From NCBI GenBank assembly GCA_002269645.1, contig NIVC01001789.1, positions 173,573 through 237,572 on the forward strand: 64,000 nucleotides of DNA. Reading direction: 5' to 3'. Source of the DNA: Macrostomum lignano. Taxonomy: Eukaryota. The number at the start of each line of letters is the position of its first letter. Position 1 is the first letter of the stretch. The notes beneath the pieces were generated by a model. It was given only the letters and a program-made list of their open reading frames with translations. It searched no databases and had not been told where the DNA came from. Positions 51,296 to 63,463 of the stretch are shown here, piece after piece. The position numbers and the translations under genes were made by a program.

Positions 51296-52133
51296 GTGCT
51301 CACAGTGACACCAGGAAGCTGAGCTTGGCAAAAAAGTGACATAAGTTGGACTTGGTATAGAAGAGAATAAGCAAGTGAATAATTAGGAACTCTACTTTAT
51401 ATGAGCTTAAGTTGACATAATATTCCCAATTATCCTCTTTGGTGTTCTCCGTTATCGCAAGTCCAACTTTTGTCACTTTTTCGCCAAGCCCAGCTTTCTG
51501 GTGTCCCTGACACCCTGTGAGCAGAATGACGTATCATTTGTGTACATACATAGGTTACTCGGGCTCCACTTTTTGAGCTTAAATTGACAGCCCCTTTTTT
51601 GTTAATGATCTCATCAAAAGAAATTGATGTCTCTCTTGTCCAGAAGCGCAGTCGAATAAAAATCAACTTTACTTTTGTTTTAAACGCCGACTAATATACT
51701 CGTACATGGGATATGGAATGATCAAAACAAAATACTAATAATCAACAATTGACTAATAGTGCTCAATGCAATACTTGATGCACAAAAATGAAGGCTAGCT
51801 TTATTTTTTAACTACATTTCAGCAATGGTACTAGCCACTAATAGCTACGTGGGTGGGCTGCCACTTGCAGACGGAGGCTTCTTTACATTCTAATTAACTT
51901 CTCATTCTCTAGAGTCTAGAATCCTTATGTTTCTTCGCCTTTCGAGAGTAGTTTGAACGGGGACGGGAGAGGAAGAGAGGAAGACAAAATCGATCGATTC
52001 GAGGGCGGAGAGAGGCTCTGAAGCCCAAGTTGAGAGAATTAATCGCGCAATGTACAGAGCGCGAGAGCATTAGAAGCGCGTAGGCGCGTAGACATGTACA
52101 ACCTGAAGTCTATCTAGTTCGTTCCAGTAGTGA

Positions 52134-52140
52134 GTGTGCA
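52134..52140 (-). promoter_or_regulatory. Candidate metal-response element TGCACAC upstream of the metallothionein
   Basis: Matches the MRE core TGCRCNC about 410 bp before the ATG. An E-box TCACGTGA lies at about 52240 and a TATA-like TTTAAATAAA at about 52472. A single 7-mer can occur by chance. Confidence 0.35.
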
Positions 52141-52546
52141 ATTGTACATATGAACTCCCATGGTTAGAGACAACGAGAAAGCGACAAGCCTATAGTTATT
52201 GGTCAGCTAATGGCCCGTGGACTGGCCCGTGGAACTAAATCACGTGACCTCTATTCCCGCCGTAGCCGCCTGCCACCCGTCCCCCCTAATTCACACCCCC
52301 AATTCTTTACTCGCTCCAATGTACACTTGAGGGCAGAGGAGTGGGGTTTATTTTTAGCACTCCGCGAGATGCTAATTCTTTCAAGGAAGGTCCCTCCTCA
52401 ACTTCTTATCTTTAAAACAGCCCTTCTGTAACCTCTATTTATCATTGTTAGCTAGAGCTCCGACGGATCGATTTAAATAAATTTAAAATTTGATCCAATC
52501 CAGACAATCTTCTCGCTCACTCGCTGACTCCCTACCGAAGTTGAAG

Positions 52547-52795
52547 ATGGACTGCAAATCGTGTAGCCAAAATTGCAAATGCGGCCCCAATTGCACACCC
52601 GGTGGCGATTGCTGCAAAAAGAACGGCTGCGGATGCTCGGCGAAGTCGGAAGCCGCTACCAGCGTCGGCGGCTGCTGCGGTGGAGCCAAGAACGCTGCTG
52701 CTACTGCTGCGTCGGATAAGGCTTGCAAATGCGGCACAGGCTGCACACCCGGTGGCGAGTGTTGCAAAAGGAACAACTGTCATTGCTCGGAGTGA
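52547..52795 (+). CDS. Metallothionein, 82 aa, 18 Cys, intronless
   Basis: MDCKSCSQNCKCGPNCTPGGDCCKKNGCGCS-linker(GGCCGG)-ACKCGTGCTPGGECCKRNNCHCSE, with CxC, CC and CxxC motifs and no aromatic residues. AATAAA at 52963-52968. Confidence 0.88.
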   Translation: MDCKSCSQNCKCGPNCTPGGDCCKKNGCGCSAKSEAATSVGGCCGGAKNAAATAASDKACKCGTGCTPGGECCKRNNCHCSE

Positions 52796-53116
52796 CAATT
52801 CTTGGCAGACTGTTGTTATAACTAGTGACTTAGTGTCGTACATTGAAATTGAATACTAATTAAATTAATCGTTACTGTCTGTCTTATCTATGTATGCCGC
52901 TGTTTGTTGTGAATATTCATCATATCGCAACGCTTTAAGCCGCCATCAATTCAATGTAATACAATAAATAATATTTTGTTGAGCATTATCCTACTCGTTT
53001 ATGAATATACTTTGTTGTCCTCTACGACATAAAATTATCGACAATATTATAAGTTTCATTGGCTGTTTGTCAAGATCTGCTTTCACAAGCTCGAATATTT
53101 CATTCAACCTTTAAAA

Positions 53117-53910
53117 CAGGGGTCGGCAAAGTTTTTTACCTCAATGGTTAGGTAGAGAACCTAGGGCATGACTGCGCTGGAGGGGAGAGGAGAGGGAATA
53201 GAGAAGAGATAAAAGAGATAGGAGAAAGGAGAGGCGAGAGAATAAAGAAGAGAGGCGTCGCCACCGTGGGGGACCTGCTATATAGTAAGCTATGGGAGGG
53301 ACATGCCAATGCTTTGTCATCCACCCGACCTTGTGACCCGTTGTGGAAATCAATAGTTTTGCTTCAGGGCGACAAAACACAGTGCCTGAGGCGCTAAAAT
53401 GAGTACCAGCGGCGCTAAAATGAGTGCCTGCAGCGCTAAAATGAGTGCCTGCGGCGCTAAAATGAGTGCCTGCAGCGCTAAAATGAGTACCATCAGCGCT
53501 AAAATGAGTGCCAGCAGCGCTAAAATGAGTGCCTGGAGCGCTAAAATGAGTGCATGCGGCGCTAAAATGAGTGCATGCGGCGCTAAAATGAGTGCATGCG
53601 GCACCAAAATGAGCGCTGGCAATACTAATTCTGAAAACAATGTACATGTACGTGTAGAATTCTGCCCTTTGTTCCCCCCACCCACCATAAAATCCATATC
53701 ATGCCGACACCCCTGAAGATAGGAGATATAGAATAGGAGAGAAGAGTGGATAGAAGAGAAGAGAGAAAAGAGAGGAGATTAGAGATAAGAGGGATGAGAA
53801 GAGACACAAGCCTTGAGTGGGCCGGATTGCCAATGTAAAGTTTCAAAGACCCGTGCGCCGGATACGAGCGTAGAGAGGCTTTGCCGTCCGGTCGAGTTTG
53901 CCGATCCCTG
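53117..53910. mobile_element. hAT/Charlie-type MITE with nested insertion
   Basis: TIRs CAGGGGTCGGCAAA / TTTGCCGATCCCTG and a perfect 8-bp TSD CTTTAAAA (53109-53116, 53911-53918). The TIR resembles the MER58/Charlie type. Confidence 0.9.
53251..53714. mobile_element. Nested MITE-like element with a 21-bp array (GCGCTAAAATGAGTGCCTGCA)n
   Basis: Imperfect TIR AGAGGCGTCGCCA / TGCCGACACCCCT, flanked by GAAG on both sides. Absent from the sister hAT copy at 56792. Homologous to 8020-9025. Confidence 0.7.
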
Positions 53911-53919
53911 CTTTAAAAC

Positions 53920-55410
53920 TTCACAAGATTCCTCTTTAGGTTGACGACGTGAAACTATTTCGAGTTAATGAATCCGCCTGAGACTGCTGCTGGTCTGGTT
54001 TGTTGGATCCGCCTGCTGCGCCTTGGCCATTCCCATGAAATCAACGCCAGGGAGCAACTGGGGCTGAACAGAAGCCACCGTGCAACGGGAGAGCGCGTCC
54101 GCTGCTGCGTTGTCCTTGCCTGCCACATGTTGGACAATCGTGCTGAATTCGGACACATAGGCCAGGTAGCGCTGCTTTCTTGCGCTGACCAAGGCTGTAC
54201 GGGTCCGCAGCGGCGGCTGCGGTGAGCTACAGGCCCGACCCCGTGCTGTCAATCAGGTGCACGCGAGCATTGAGCAGACGCCGATGCGGCAGGTCCATAG
54301 CAGGCCATGATGCCGGAGAAAACCCGCGCCGATCAACGGTCGCTGAACCGCAGCCAGAATGAATAGGCAAGAGCAACGCCGGATGCCTAGGTCCAGAGTG
54401 AACTGGTGGGCCGGTGCCAAAAGTTCGGATTTGACAACCGTTGGCTGCATTGAGCGGTGGGCCTTGGCGCAGCATTTGGGCTGCTCTGCGATGATCGGAA
54501 AGATGTTGACTTCGGCACCGGTGTCAACACGGAAACGCCGGCCTGTCTGCAGAGATCCGGGACAAGGAGTAGACTGCTGCTGCCGGCCGCCGAGCTGTTC
54601 ACTGACGGCTGGCCTGCCCCGTTTCCCTGAAACCTACATGGGGCTTCGCATCGCCTGGACTTCGCGCCGAACTTCTTGAGAAAAAAGCAAAGACCGCTGG
54701 CTTCACCCCTGTGGTAGCTCACCCCTATCGAAACGGTTGACACGACTCTCACGGGCGGCCGCGACCACAGGCTGGTGAACCACCGCAATCCCTGGCTGGG
54801 GTCGACTAGCCCAGAGCTTGTCGACGAGCAGTGCCACCGATCGGGGCTCCTTGAAATTCGCGGAGACCAACGCCATGCGGATGTCGGCCGGTAGCTGCTG
54901 CTGACGGAACAATACTTCAAAAAGCATGCTGGGTGAGTTGTCGCCCAGCAGCGCCAGCATTTCGTTCATTAGCTCAGACGGACGAGGATCGGCCGGTTAT
55001 GTTGAGCAATCGATTGGCCCGTTGTTGCCTCGATAAACCGAAAGTGCCAAGCAGGCAAGCCTTCAACTGCCATGCGTACTTGTTTTCAGTAGGGGGGTCC
55101 TCAAGAACATCCAAGAAACGTTATGCGAACTGGTGGTCTAGCGCTGCGACCAGCTGATAGTAGTATTTGGTCGAGTCCTGCGTGGCGCCCCTACGTGTAA
55201 ACTGAGCCTCGGCTTGGATAAACCATGCTCGGGGCTGGGAGGCCTAAAATGGAGGCAGCTTGAGCGCTACTGCGCTGACAGTTGTGTTGCTGCTCGCATC
55301 GTTAAAAACGCTGGCTGTTGTGCTGATGCCAGTAGCGATGACAGGTTCGTGCTCTGTGACATCGGCAGCTGCATCAACTGTGTTAGCGCTGTTGCTGTGT
55401 GCTCTGGCAT
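53920..55410 (-). mobile_element. Degenerate, internally deleted Gypsy LTR retrotransposon (CsRn1/Kabuki-like)
   Basis: gag: KLPPF*..P.AWFIQAEAQF...STKYYY, LMNEMLALLG, and the knuckle CFFLKKFGAKSRRCEAPC. Protease: RVDTGAEVNIFP, LIGAGFLRHHGLL. It then jumps to the RNase H end (RQQRYLAYVSEF...HVAGKDNAAADALSR). RT is absent and there are many stops and frameshifts. Confidence 0.88.
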
Positions 55411-56791
55411 TCTCAACTCACGATTTGAGAAAAGTCGGGCTAACCAATTTAGCGGCTCGTTTTACGACCGAGCAAGCGAGAAGAGAAAAAAGTCAGATAT
55501 TTTTCATCTGCCATAGGCACGCAAACAAAACAGCGCGATGCGCAAACAGTCTGGGTGGCCATGCATACATAGAGAATAGCAAGTCCTAGCTAGCTTCTGT
55601 CTGTGGCCGCCACAATAGACAGTTGTATAGGCAAACTTTTTGAGGTGTTGGTCGGGTGAGAACAGGGAAAGAGCCTGCGATACGAAACTTTGTAAGCAAA
55701 AATCCTTGTAGCAAATTTCTCGCTAGCGATTTTCGGCTAGCAAAGATCGGCTAACAAACCGTCCGTTGTTAAAATACGTAAAATACATTGAAAGTTAAGA
55801 ACTTCAACTAGCTTAGCTACTAATAGTAGCCAAGTTCTTCAGTACTTTGCATTTACGAAGGAACGTTGAAAAAATGAAAACTTATCTCATGTATGTATTT
55901 CTGCCAGGTGGCAATCGAATTTCTTTTCAAAAATCATTTAAAACAGTGGGTATCCAGGAAAAGCATAATTCGTTGAAGAACTGGTCATTTTCAACAGAAT
56001 AGCAATAAATAAAATTAATATTCAGGATCTCATTGTTCCAAGGTGTCTATAATTTCATAATCATAAATTTATAATTAGAATCATAGAATGGATTCATAAA
56101 GATATTAACAGGTTTCCATCCGCTTAATGTATAGATATCAGATAAAAGTGCTGCTAACTATTGCTATCATAGCAGTAATTTACTATCAAATATGGATTAT
56201 TACTGTATAAATATATGCAACTCTACACTGAACAAGAAATGCAAAATGCAATCTTAAAAATCAAATAACCAATCAGTCACTAAATATGTAGTAAGAAACT
56301 TTATAGACAACCGAAAATAGACGAGACAAAACAGAAATAAAACGAATAGTAATGCGTAGGAGCACATTTAAATTGTTTTGTTTTGCTAAATTGAACCTTT
56401 TATACTTCCTTCTCTATCTTAACACAGGTGAAGTTTAGGCGCTATGAAAGCAGATATCTTTTAGGTGATATGAAGTACGAGCTATTTAGGTGTTACGAAA
56501 CCCCCAGACAATGAAGTTCAACATTTCTCGTGATTAGATTATTCTACTAAATCACATTCCTAGAGAATACATGCAGTGTCTAGACATCGCAGCAGTGTGA
56601 CCCCTTAGAAATACAATAGATTACCGATAAACCTCGAAACATGAAATGGTATTTAGAGCATAATCAACAATTCAGAGAGTAAAAAAATCTACTAGCATGT
56701 GGCTGTTAACAATCCATTTACAAAACGCGATCGGTTGCTAGAGACAGTGCGAGAGTGTATCAAACATATGCATGCAAATAAGGGCCTAGCC

Positions 56792-57125
56792 CAGGGGTCG
56801 GCAAACTTTTTACCTTCAGGGCCGGATAAAGAACCTAGCTAATGCCCACGAGAGTAATATAGAGGTAATATAGGAGAGATGAGGAAAGAGAGAGTAGATG
56901 AGAAAGGATATATGAGATATGAGATATGAGGATGAGAGAAGAGAGAGAAGCTAAGAATATAGATAAGGATGAGAATTGAAAGAAGAGATAGAAAAGAATA
57001 TGAGGGGAGAGAGGAGGTAAGAGAGCCGAGAAGAGACACAAACACAAAAAGTTTCAAAGGACCCGGGGCCGGATAGAGAGGCTTCGCCCGCAGGTGACCC
57101 GTGAGCCGGAGTTTGCCGACCCCTG
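56792..57125. mobile_element. hAT/Charlie-type MITE without the nested insert
   Basis: Perfect 16-bp TIR CAGGGGTCGGCAAACT and a degenerate TSD GCCTAGCC/GCCCAGCT. Purine-rich interior like 53117-53910. Ends about 20 bp after the DUF229 stop. Confidence 0.88.
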
Positions 57126-57146
57126 GCCCAGCTTCGTTGGTAGCTT

Positions 57147-59312
57147 CTACTTGATAGAAGCTCCGGAACCCGACTTTACAGCTTTCTGCTCTTCCGATTT
57201 CTGATGCAGACAATAGCAAAGCGCTCTCAGATGAGGCAACTTATCACCTAGACAGGCGGCTTGTTGACGATAGGCGTTCACCCGACTAACACTATTTATA
57301 TCCATGCTCAGTCGGTGACTAGCAATGTCCTCTTGCACCGTCACCTCGTAGTGGCCATGATTAGGCAGCGTCTCAATTGTGAGCCGATATAGTCGATAGC
57401 CGGCCGACATCGTGTCCGAGAAGTCCGGATTTCTACCGTCCGCGTCTGCGCTTGCCTGTAACAAATAGTGTCGGGTGTTGATTTTTGCCTGCAGTCGAGA
57501 GTAGAGCATCACTTCCTGCCCTAAATTGATTCTATCTCTTCCCTCTGCTATACGCGTAATACGATCCTGATTTCTTCCTTAAAAATTTCACCTACCTTGA
57601 AGGAGAGAATCTTAGTCGATGGTGCGTATCCATCCACGGCAAGCAGCTTGGAGAAGGTCAACTCGGCGCATTGATCTCGATGCTTCTCAGTTTGCGCATT
57701 GAACTGCGCTACAACGTAATAACCAATCGTTTTGACGTTAGTGCCCAACGGACTGAGCGACTGCCAGGCAAGGCAAGCGCACCAATGCGCTTCGATGCCT
57801 ATTTGAGCGCAATTGCGCTTCTCTGAAATTGGCGTAAAAAGGCTGACGCCGGCCTCGCGTTTACTAGTGGTCTTTGTGTTCTCCTGATGCTGCGGCGGCG
57901 GCTGGGGCGTAAAAAATTCGGCAGCATGCCGCATCGTTGCGTGCAAATCAAGCGGTGTAATCAGGCGATTTTGATTTTTTATTAGCTGTTTGGTCTCTAT
58001 AGGATGAGCGTCTTTCAGACGCTTGGGTAAGGCTATGCCTAGAAAGGGCAGGCGCTCTTCATATTTTCCTTGAAGCGTTGATCGCGTCTTGGCATAACGG
58101 TGGCCATGGTCGGACATAAGTATCAGTATGGAATCATCCAGGTGTTTAGATTCTTTCAGATAGCGCAGATAAGCCAATAGATCGGCGTCCATCGGGCTTA
58201 GGTAATAGTTGTCTTCGTGGCTCAACTCGGAGTGAAACACAAAGGTAAACTTCTTGCGGTTCCGATACACGTCCAGGAAGTCCTTCTGCCAATCGATTTT
58301 CACTTGATGAAGCGGCTTAGAGCCCAGGCAGCCGTACTTCCGGTGCGGATAGAGTTCATCAAGCTTCAGATAGAATGGTCGCATATAGTGATCAGTAGGC
58401 TGCTTCTTAAAGCCCAGCAGTCGTACTGGAAAGTGCCGTATTTAGAACCGTCCTCGCCAAACTGGGTTGTGTAGTTCTTAGCCGCCAGTCGCGCCAGATC
58501 CACGGATAATCGTCGACGGGTTTCGAATTGTTAAAACCGCGACGCGATTCGTACAGTTCGCTCTCCAGATGGCCAGTCAGCATTGGCAGCAGATTTGGCG
58601 TCGTGCCGTCACCTAGGATGTTGAATTTTTCGAACACGACGCCGCCAATGTCGTTAATAAAGTAGCCGTACGACTTTGGCAGATAGCGCTTCCAGGCTTC
58701 TCGCGATACTGAATCCAGGCCGAAAAGAATTATGCTTAACGGCTTTTGGTTCTGTTTGATGTACGGCGCCTCCTTAGATAGCTTTGGCGCTATACCCGCG
58801 TGCAACAGTTGGTACTGCTTCGATCTTTGCTCACTGGCGCAGTTAGCAACAAAGAAGTCGTTGATTAGTTGCCTATTCGTCGATATATCATCGACAGCTT
58901 CACCGTAGTAGACGGAGAAATCGTCGTCACGCAATACGGGCACCATGGCGCACTTGACGTCAGGATATGCGCTGCGTGTAGCGTCCGTAATCCGAAAAGT
59001 GCCGCCCTCGGACGTGACCCAGTTAGGCTCGGCAGCAGTGCAGTTCAGTGTGTACAACGGTCTCGCCGATATTAACTGCTGTTGAAGGGGCGGCAGAATG
59101 CAGAGACTTTCAGTATCCTCCTTGGCCCCAGAGAGCACAACGTCCTGTTTGATTTGCAACGGATGAAAGCGCTTCTTGATGAGATTCGGCTGCCGGAGTA
59201 GCTCCAGAAACACGTACACTATCGGCACGCATATAATTAGCGTCCACATTAGCCGGTAGTGTGATCTTCCAAGCCGAGCGTAGTACATAATGCGACGCAT
59301 TATTCGAACCAT
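57147..59312 (-). CDS. DUF229 family protein (alkaline-phosphatase/sulfatase-like fold) with an N-terminal membrane anchor; two 1-bp frameshifts as assembled
   Basis: Motifs GLDSVSR, FNILGDGTTPNLLPMLTG, SELSHED, MSDHGHRY, EERLPF, RLITPLDLHAT, C.QIGIEAHWCAC, SR.N.Y...C...LCYC. Intron 57456-57595 (AAG|GTAGGT...TACAG). The frame is restored by adding one base at about 58478 and one at about 58423. Confidence 0.85.
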
Positions 59313-60795
59313 TTAGAAATTTTAGAAACTCCAAGAAGTCCACGATACTAAACTGCGTCGATTGTACACAGAATTAAAAACGACAAAATATTAAAATAAT
59401 TTGCTGAATGAGCTTTGTCGCTGACTTAGTGCCGCTAGCTGGTCGTCTAGTTGCCCGCACGATCAGATCAAACCGTATTTAGGTGGAATGGCAGTTGCAA
59501 AACCGCTCTTGCCCTCTTCTCATTCTGAACTGTACACTAAGTATCCTTCCAAGCGCTCTTTTCCAATTCACTCTCAACCCACGCGAAGAAGAGGGGCTGC
59601 ATCAACTGTTTGGAACATTTAATGTACATTAGTGGATTGTACGCGGGTAAGGAGAGAAAGGCAAAACATTCCGGGGTTTAGTATTGGTTGGTTGTGCAGG
59701 CATGGACAGCGAGGCCGCGTGGTCCGCCCGCAGTCTTTTCTAACCCCCTGGCCATGGACGCCTCAAGCTAGAAATCTGGATCTCTTTACTTCAGCGGCAT
59801 TTTGCTGAACTATAGAATTTCCTAATTTAAGGAAAAGATCGCATTTTTGCATTATAACGTTTCCATAAAAAAAGAATTATAATCAATGTAAACCCCGAAC
59901 CCGAAGCACTGACCCCGAACCCGAAACCTGACCCGGACCGAAATCCGACCCGACCTGACCCCGAACTTTCCCTGAAAGGAGATTAGGAGAACGCTTTATC
60001 TCAGGCTTTCCGTGATGATCTTTTTTCCAAGAGTGACGACTGAAGGGAGTTAAACGTCCTGAGGTACCTCTAGTACTCTAGTAGTCTACTTCTCGTTCTC
60101 ATTTGCAGTCCTGGCTCCTTAACTCCTATTTCTAGTCATCAATCAGCAAGCAAAGTCTTCACTCCTCCCCTCCCTATAATTTGACTCCTCATTCTTAAGA
60201 TCTTAGCATTGACTTTAACATCCACTTATCCAAATGTTTACCAACTTGGGTTTAAGTTGTCATTGTTAGCGCAAAATTTTTCCTTTGAACCCGACAACCC
60301 CGAAAACCCGACCCGAAACCCGACCCGACTCCGAACCCGAACACCCTTAGCCTGAAGTAATGAAAAAACAGACTGCCACTCCAGATACTCTCTCTAGAGC
60401 TCCCTATCCTTCCAGCCCTTGCTTAAACCCAGCCTTCCAACCCCTATGTTCTCCCTCGTATCAGTAGACTTTTATAACTGTACACTTCACCCCGATCCCT
60501 CGAACGTTCCTTTAGACTGAGGGCATGAAAAGCCAACAACACTGCAGTAGCAGCACCTCGGGTGCCACTGCCGACCGACAGTTTGAGTTCTGTTTGTTTT
60601 TTTGCTCGCCCAAGCCTCTTTACCCTTCGCGCTCCACGAAGAGCCACTGACCTGAAGTTGCATTTGTTGTCTGTATTAAATTTCTTTGACAAAATGAATA
60701 AATGAGTGTTGTGGTAAAGCGTCAAGTTATAAAATGTGCATACGTATGTACGCTGGCATGGGCAAATTGTTAGCACGAATTGCCTGAATTCGCTA

Positions 60796-61213
60796 GCGCC
60801 AGCACCAAGGGGCGCCAGCACCAAGGGGCGCCAGCACCAAGGGGCGCCAGCACCAAGGGGCGCCAGCACCAAGGGCGCCAGCACCAAGGGCGCCAGCACC
60901 AAGGGGCGCCAGCACCAAGGGGCGCCAGCACCAAGGGGCGCCAGCACCAAGGGGCGCCAGCACCAAGGGGCGCCAGCACCAAGGGGCGCCAGCACCAAGG
61001 GGCGCCAGCACCAAGGGCGCCAGCACCAAGGGGCGCCAGCACCAAGGGCGCCAGCACCAAGGGGCGCCAGCACCAAGGGGCGCCAGCACCAAGGGGCGCC
61101 AGCACCAAGGGGCACCAGCACCAAGGGGCGCCAGCACCAAGGGGCGCCAGCACCAAGGGGCGCCAGCACCAAGGGGCGCCAGCACCAAGGGGCGCCAGCA
61201 CCAAGGGGCGCCA
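60796..61213. repeat. 16-bp minisatellite (GGGGCGCCAGCACCAA)n
   Basis: Period 16 with occasional 15-bp units. Confidence 0.95.
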
Positions 61214-61620
61214 AAACTAAAGTACGAGTAATTTGTTAAGGAACTACAAAAATTGGCAACAGGGGGCGTCGCACCTGTTGTGAACAGGCGCCATAGTTTT
61301 GTCAGTCTATTGGTTGACCTCGGCTACGCCCATTGAATGAAGTGGTAGGTCAGACACTATGAATGGCCAAAAAGCACTGTATGTGATTCGTTGTGAATGC
61401 GGCAAATATTATAGTCGACAGTGGATAGTATATTGACTGCAGAGAAAAACTTCGAAAGAAAATCGTATATTTCCTCTGTTAAAATAAAAGCCAAAAGCCA
61501 ATTTTAAGCATTTTCTGGCCTTTGGAAACCATGCGCAGGTTGTGTCAGAACATTTTCCTCGTCAGCATTGTCTGTCATGCTGTTTTCCTCCATAAAAAGG
61601 TAGATTTATATCGTCCAATG

Positions 61621-63463
61621 TTAATTATTGACGCGAGTGATCTTGTCCAGCACAATGGGATCGACACGAACCTTGCGCTTGGTATCGTCGTCGCGTTTCA
61701 CCGAGACCATAGCAACGCAGCCTTTGTTGGACTTGCCAGTGTAGCCTGGGGCCGAGAATGCCGTGATCAGGTTCTTCTTATAGTGCCATTCGTAGCCAGT
61801 CATGCGCACATCGTGACCTGTCACATTTTTTGAGGTTCAATGTAGATTAAACGCAGTTTATGTGAAACACATAAGAAATGCTGTTCATTCTGATTGCTAA
61901 TAAAAGATTATAACATTTAGGTCTTTGGTACGATACTAACTCTCGTTTTGGGACCATTCGGAAAAGACAGTGTTGTACGTGTGTTGGAAAGTAACTGGTC
62001 GTTAGTGATGTTCGCACATTCCAATAACCACTCACCGCGAATAATCAAGTTTAACTGCCAAGAGTTCAGAAACTTCTCAATAACGTTGGTACCAAAAATG
62101 TAGGAGATCTTTCGATCGTTGTTAAATATCCAGCCTTTGCTCTGATGCCACTTCTGATCGTTGGGTCCGGTCGTGCCTTTTACCACCGACGGATCCGACC
62201 ACAGAAGGTCAGACAATAAGAAGCCGTACGTTTCGAAGGTCTTTGTACTGATGACGTCACGAAGCACCTCTGTTTGAATTAAATATTGATTATAGGTTCA
62301 TAATACGTAATGCTCTTTTCTTTCTCAAGTCATCTCAGGCAGCATCTCACCCTTGTCTTTGACGTAAGCGTCTCCAATTTCGCTAGGATTCTTCACCCTG
62401 GTATTAATTAGGTCAATCAGGTAGTCGACAGTCTGACTAGACGACATGTGATCCGGTATCTCGCAGATGTCAACAATTCGACTTTTGCCGGTGCCGGCGC
62501 GGCACGTGTGACACATGGTAAGTATCGGCGAGATGCCGCCGTGTACGCAGTAGATTTTTCTGTCTAAGATGCACACGGACGGCAGGTAGTCGAATACGTG
62601 CACAAACATGTAGTACATGTTGTTGAATGACAGGTCGTAGAGGGCGGCATTGTTGCCGGCGTTTTCGGAGCAGCTAAAATTTAAAATACATGTAGATGTG
62701 TCAGAAGCGTCTAATGCCAAGTTGTTTACATTTTATTGAAAATTATTAACGGACGACAAGATGAATTGATTATCCAAATGGTTTGGGTAACAAATATCCT
62801 TACGTTAGGTGTACATGTATAGAGCACGGACACCCTAGAGTTACAATTAGAGTCTAGAGTGTTTGGGAAAGCGTCAGAGAACATTTGGATTTACTTGTAG
62901 AATAATAAGAACAAGCAGTACAAGAGCTATACTCACCGATTGCGCACTTCGTCCATAAAGCCGTAGTGCTCGTGCATATCAAAATCTTCGTGATTGCCTT
63001 TAAGAAAGAACATTCGGGTCGGATAGCGCAGCTTGTAGTACAGCAGCAGCAGTGTGGTCTCCATCTGGCGCGGTCCACGATCGACGGAGTCGCCGCAGAT
63101 GACGTAATTGTAGACATTCTGCTGCTCGGGTCCGCCGAACAGGAAAAACCAGCGCAGCTGATCTGAGTGCTGACCGTGCAAATCGGTGAACACAAAGGCC
63201 GGACCTTCGCATTCCTCGCAGGCCATGTGCTGCACTAGGCAGTAGCGCACCGCCATGAGCAGAGCGATGATTCGGTAGCCGTTCAACTTGTTGTCCTCGC
63301 GCGTATCATCGTCCCAAACGATGGTCAGTCTGTCGGATTTCGTATACGAATTTGAGATCAGCGTCTCGTATGTCTGTTTAACTGGCTTACTGGAACTACC
63401 GGGAACTATGCTGATCCAGATTCGACATGCATTAGTTTCATGTACTTGTAAATTGTCCTCAAC
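61621..63463 (-). CDS. PPP-family (PP1-like) Ser/Thr protein phosphatase, divergent; 5' end unresolved
   Basis: Phase-consistent exons 63463-62937 (TDLHGQ, GDSVDRG, KGNHE), 62673-62351 (CVHGGISP), 62269-62036 (DLLWSDP, SYIFG, LIIRG) and 61817-61621 (H...GYE...ITAFSAPGY). A possible upstream exon near 63691-63950 could not be joined cleanly. Confidence 0.88.

Noticed and set aside
59890-60350. Two clusters of ACCCGA/CCCGAA motifs resembling hAT subterminal repeats
   Set aside because: Both clusters are in the same orientation, with no matching opposite TIR or TSD found.
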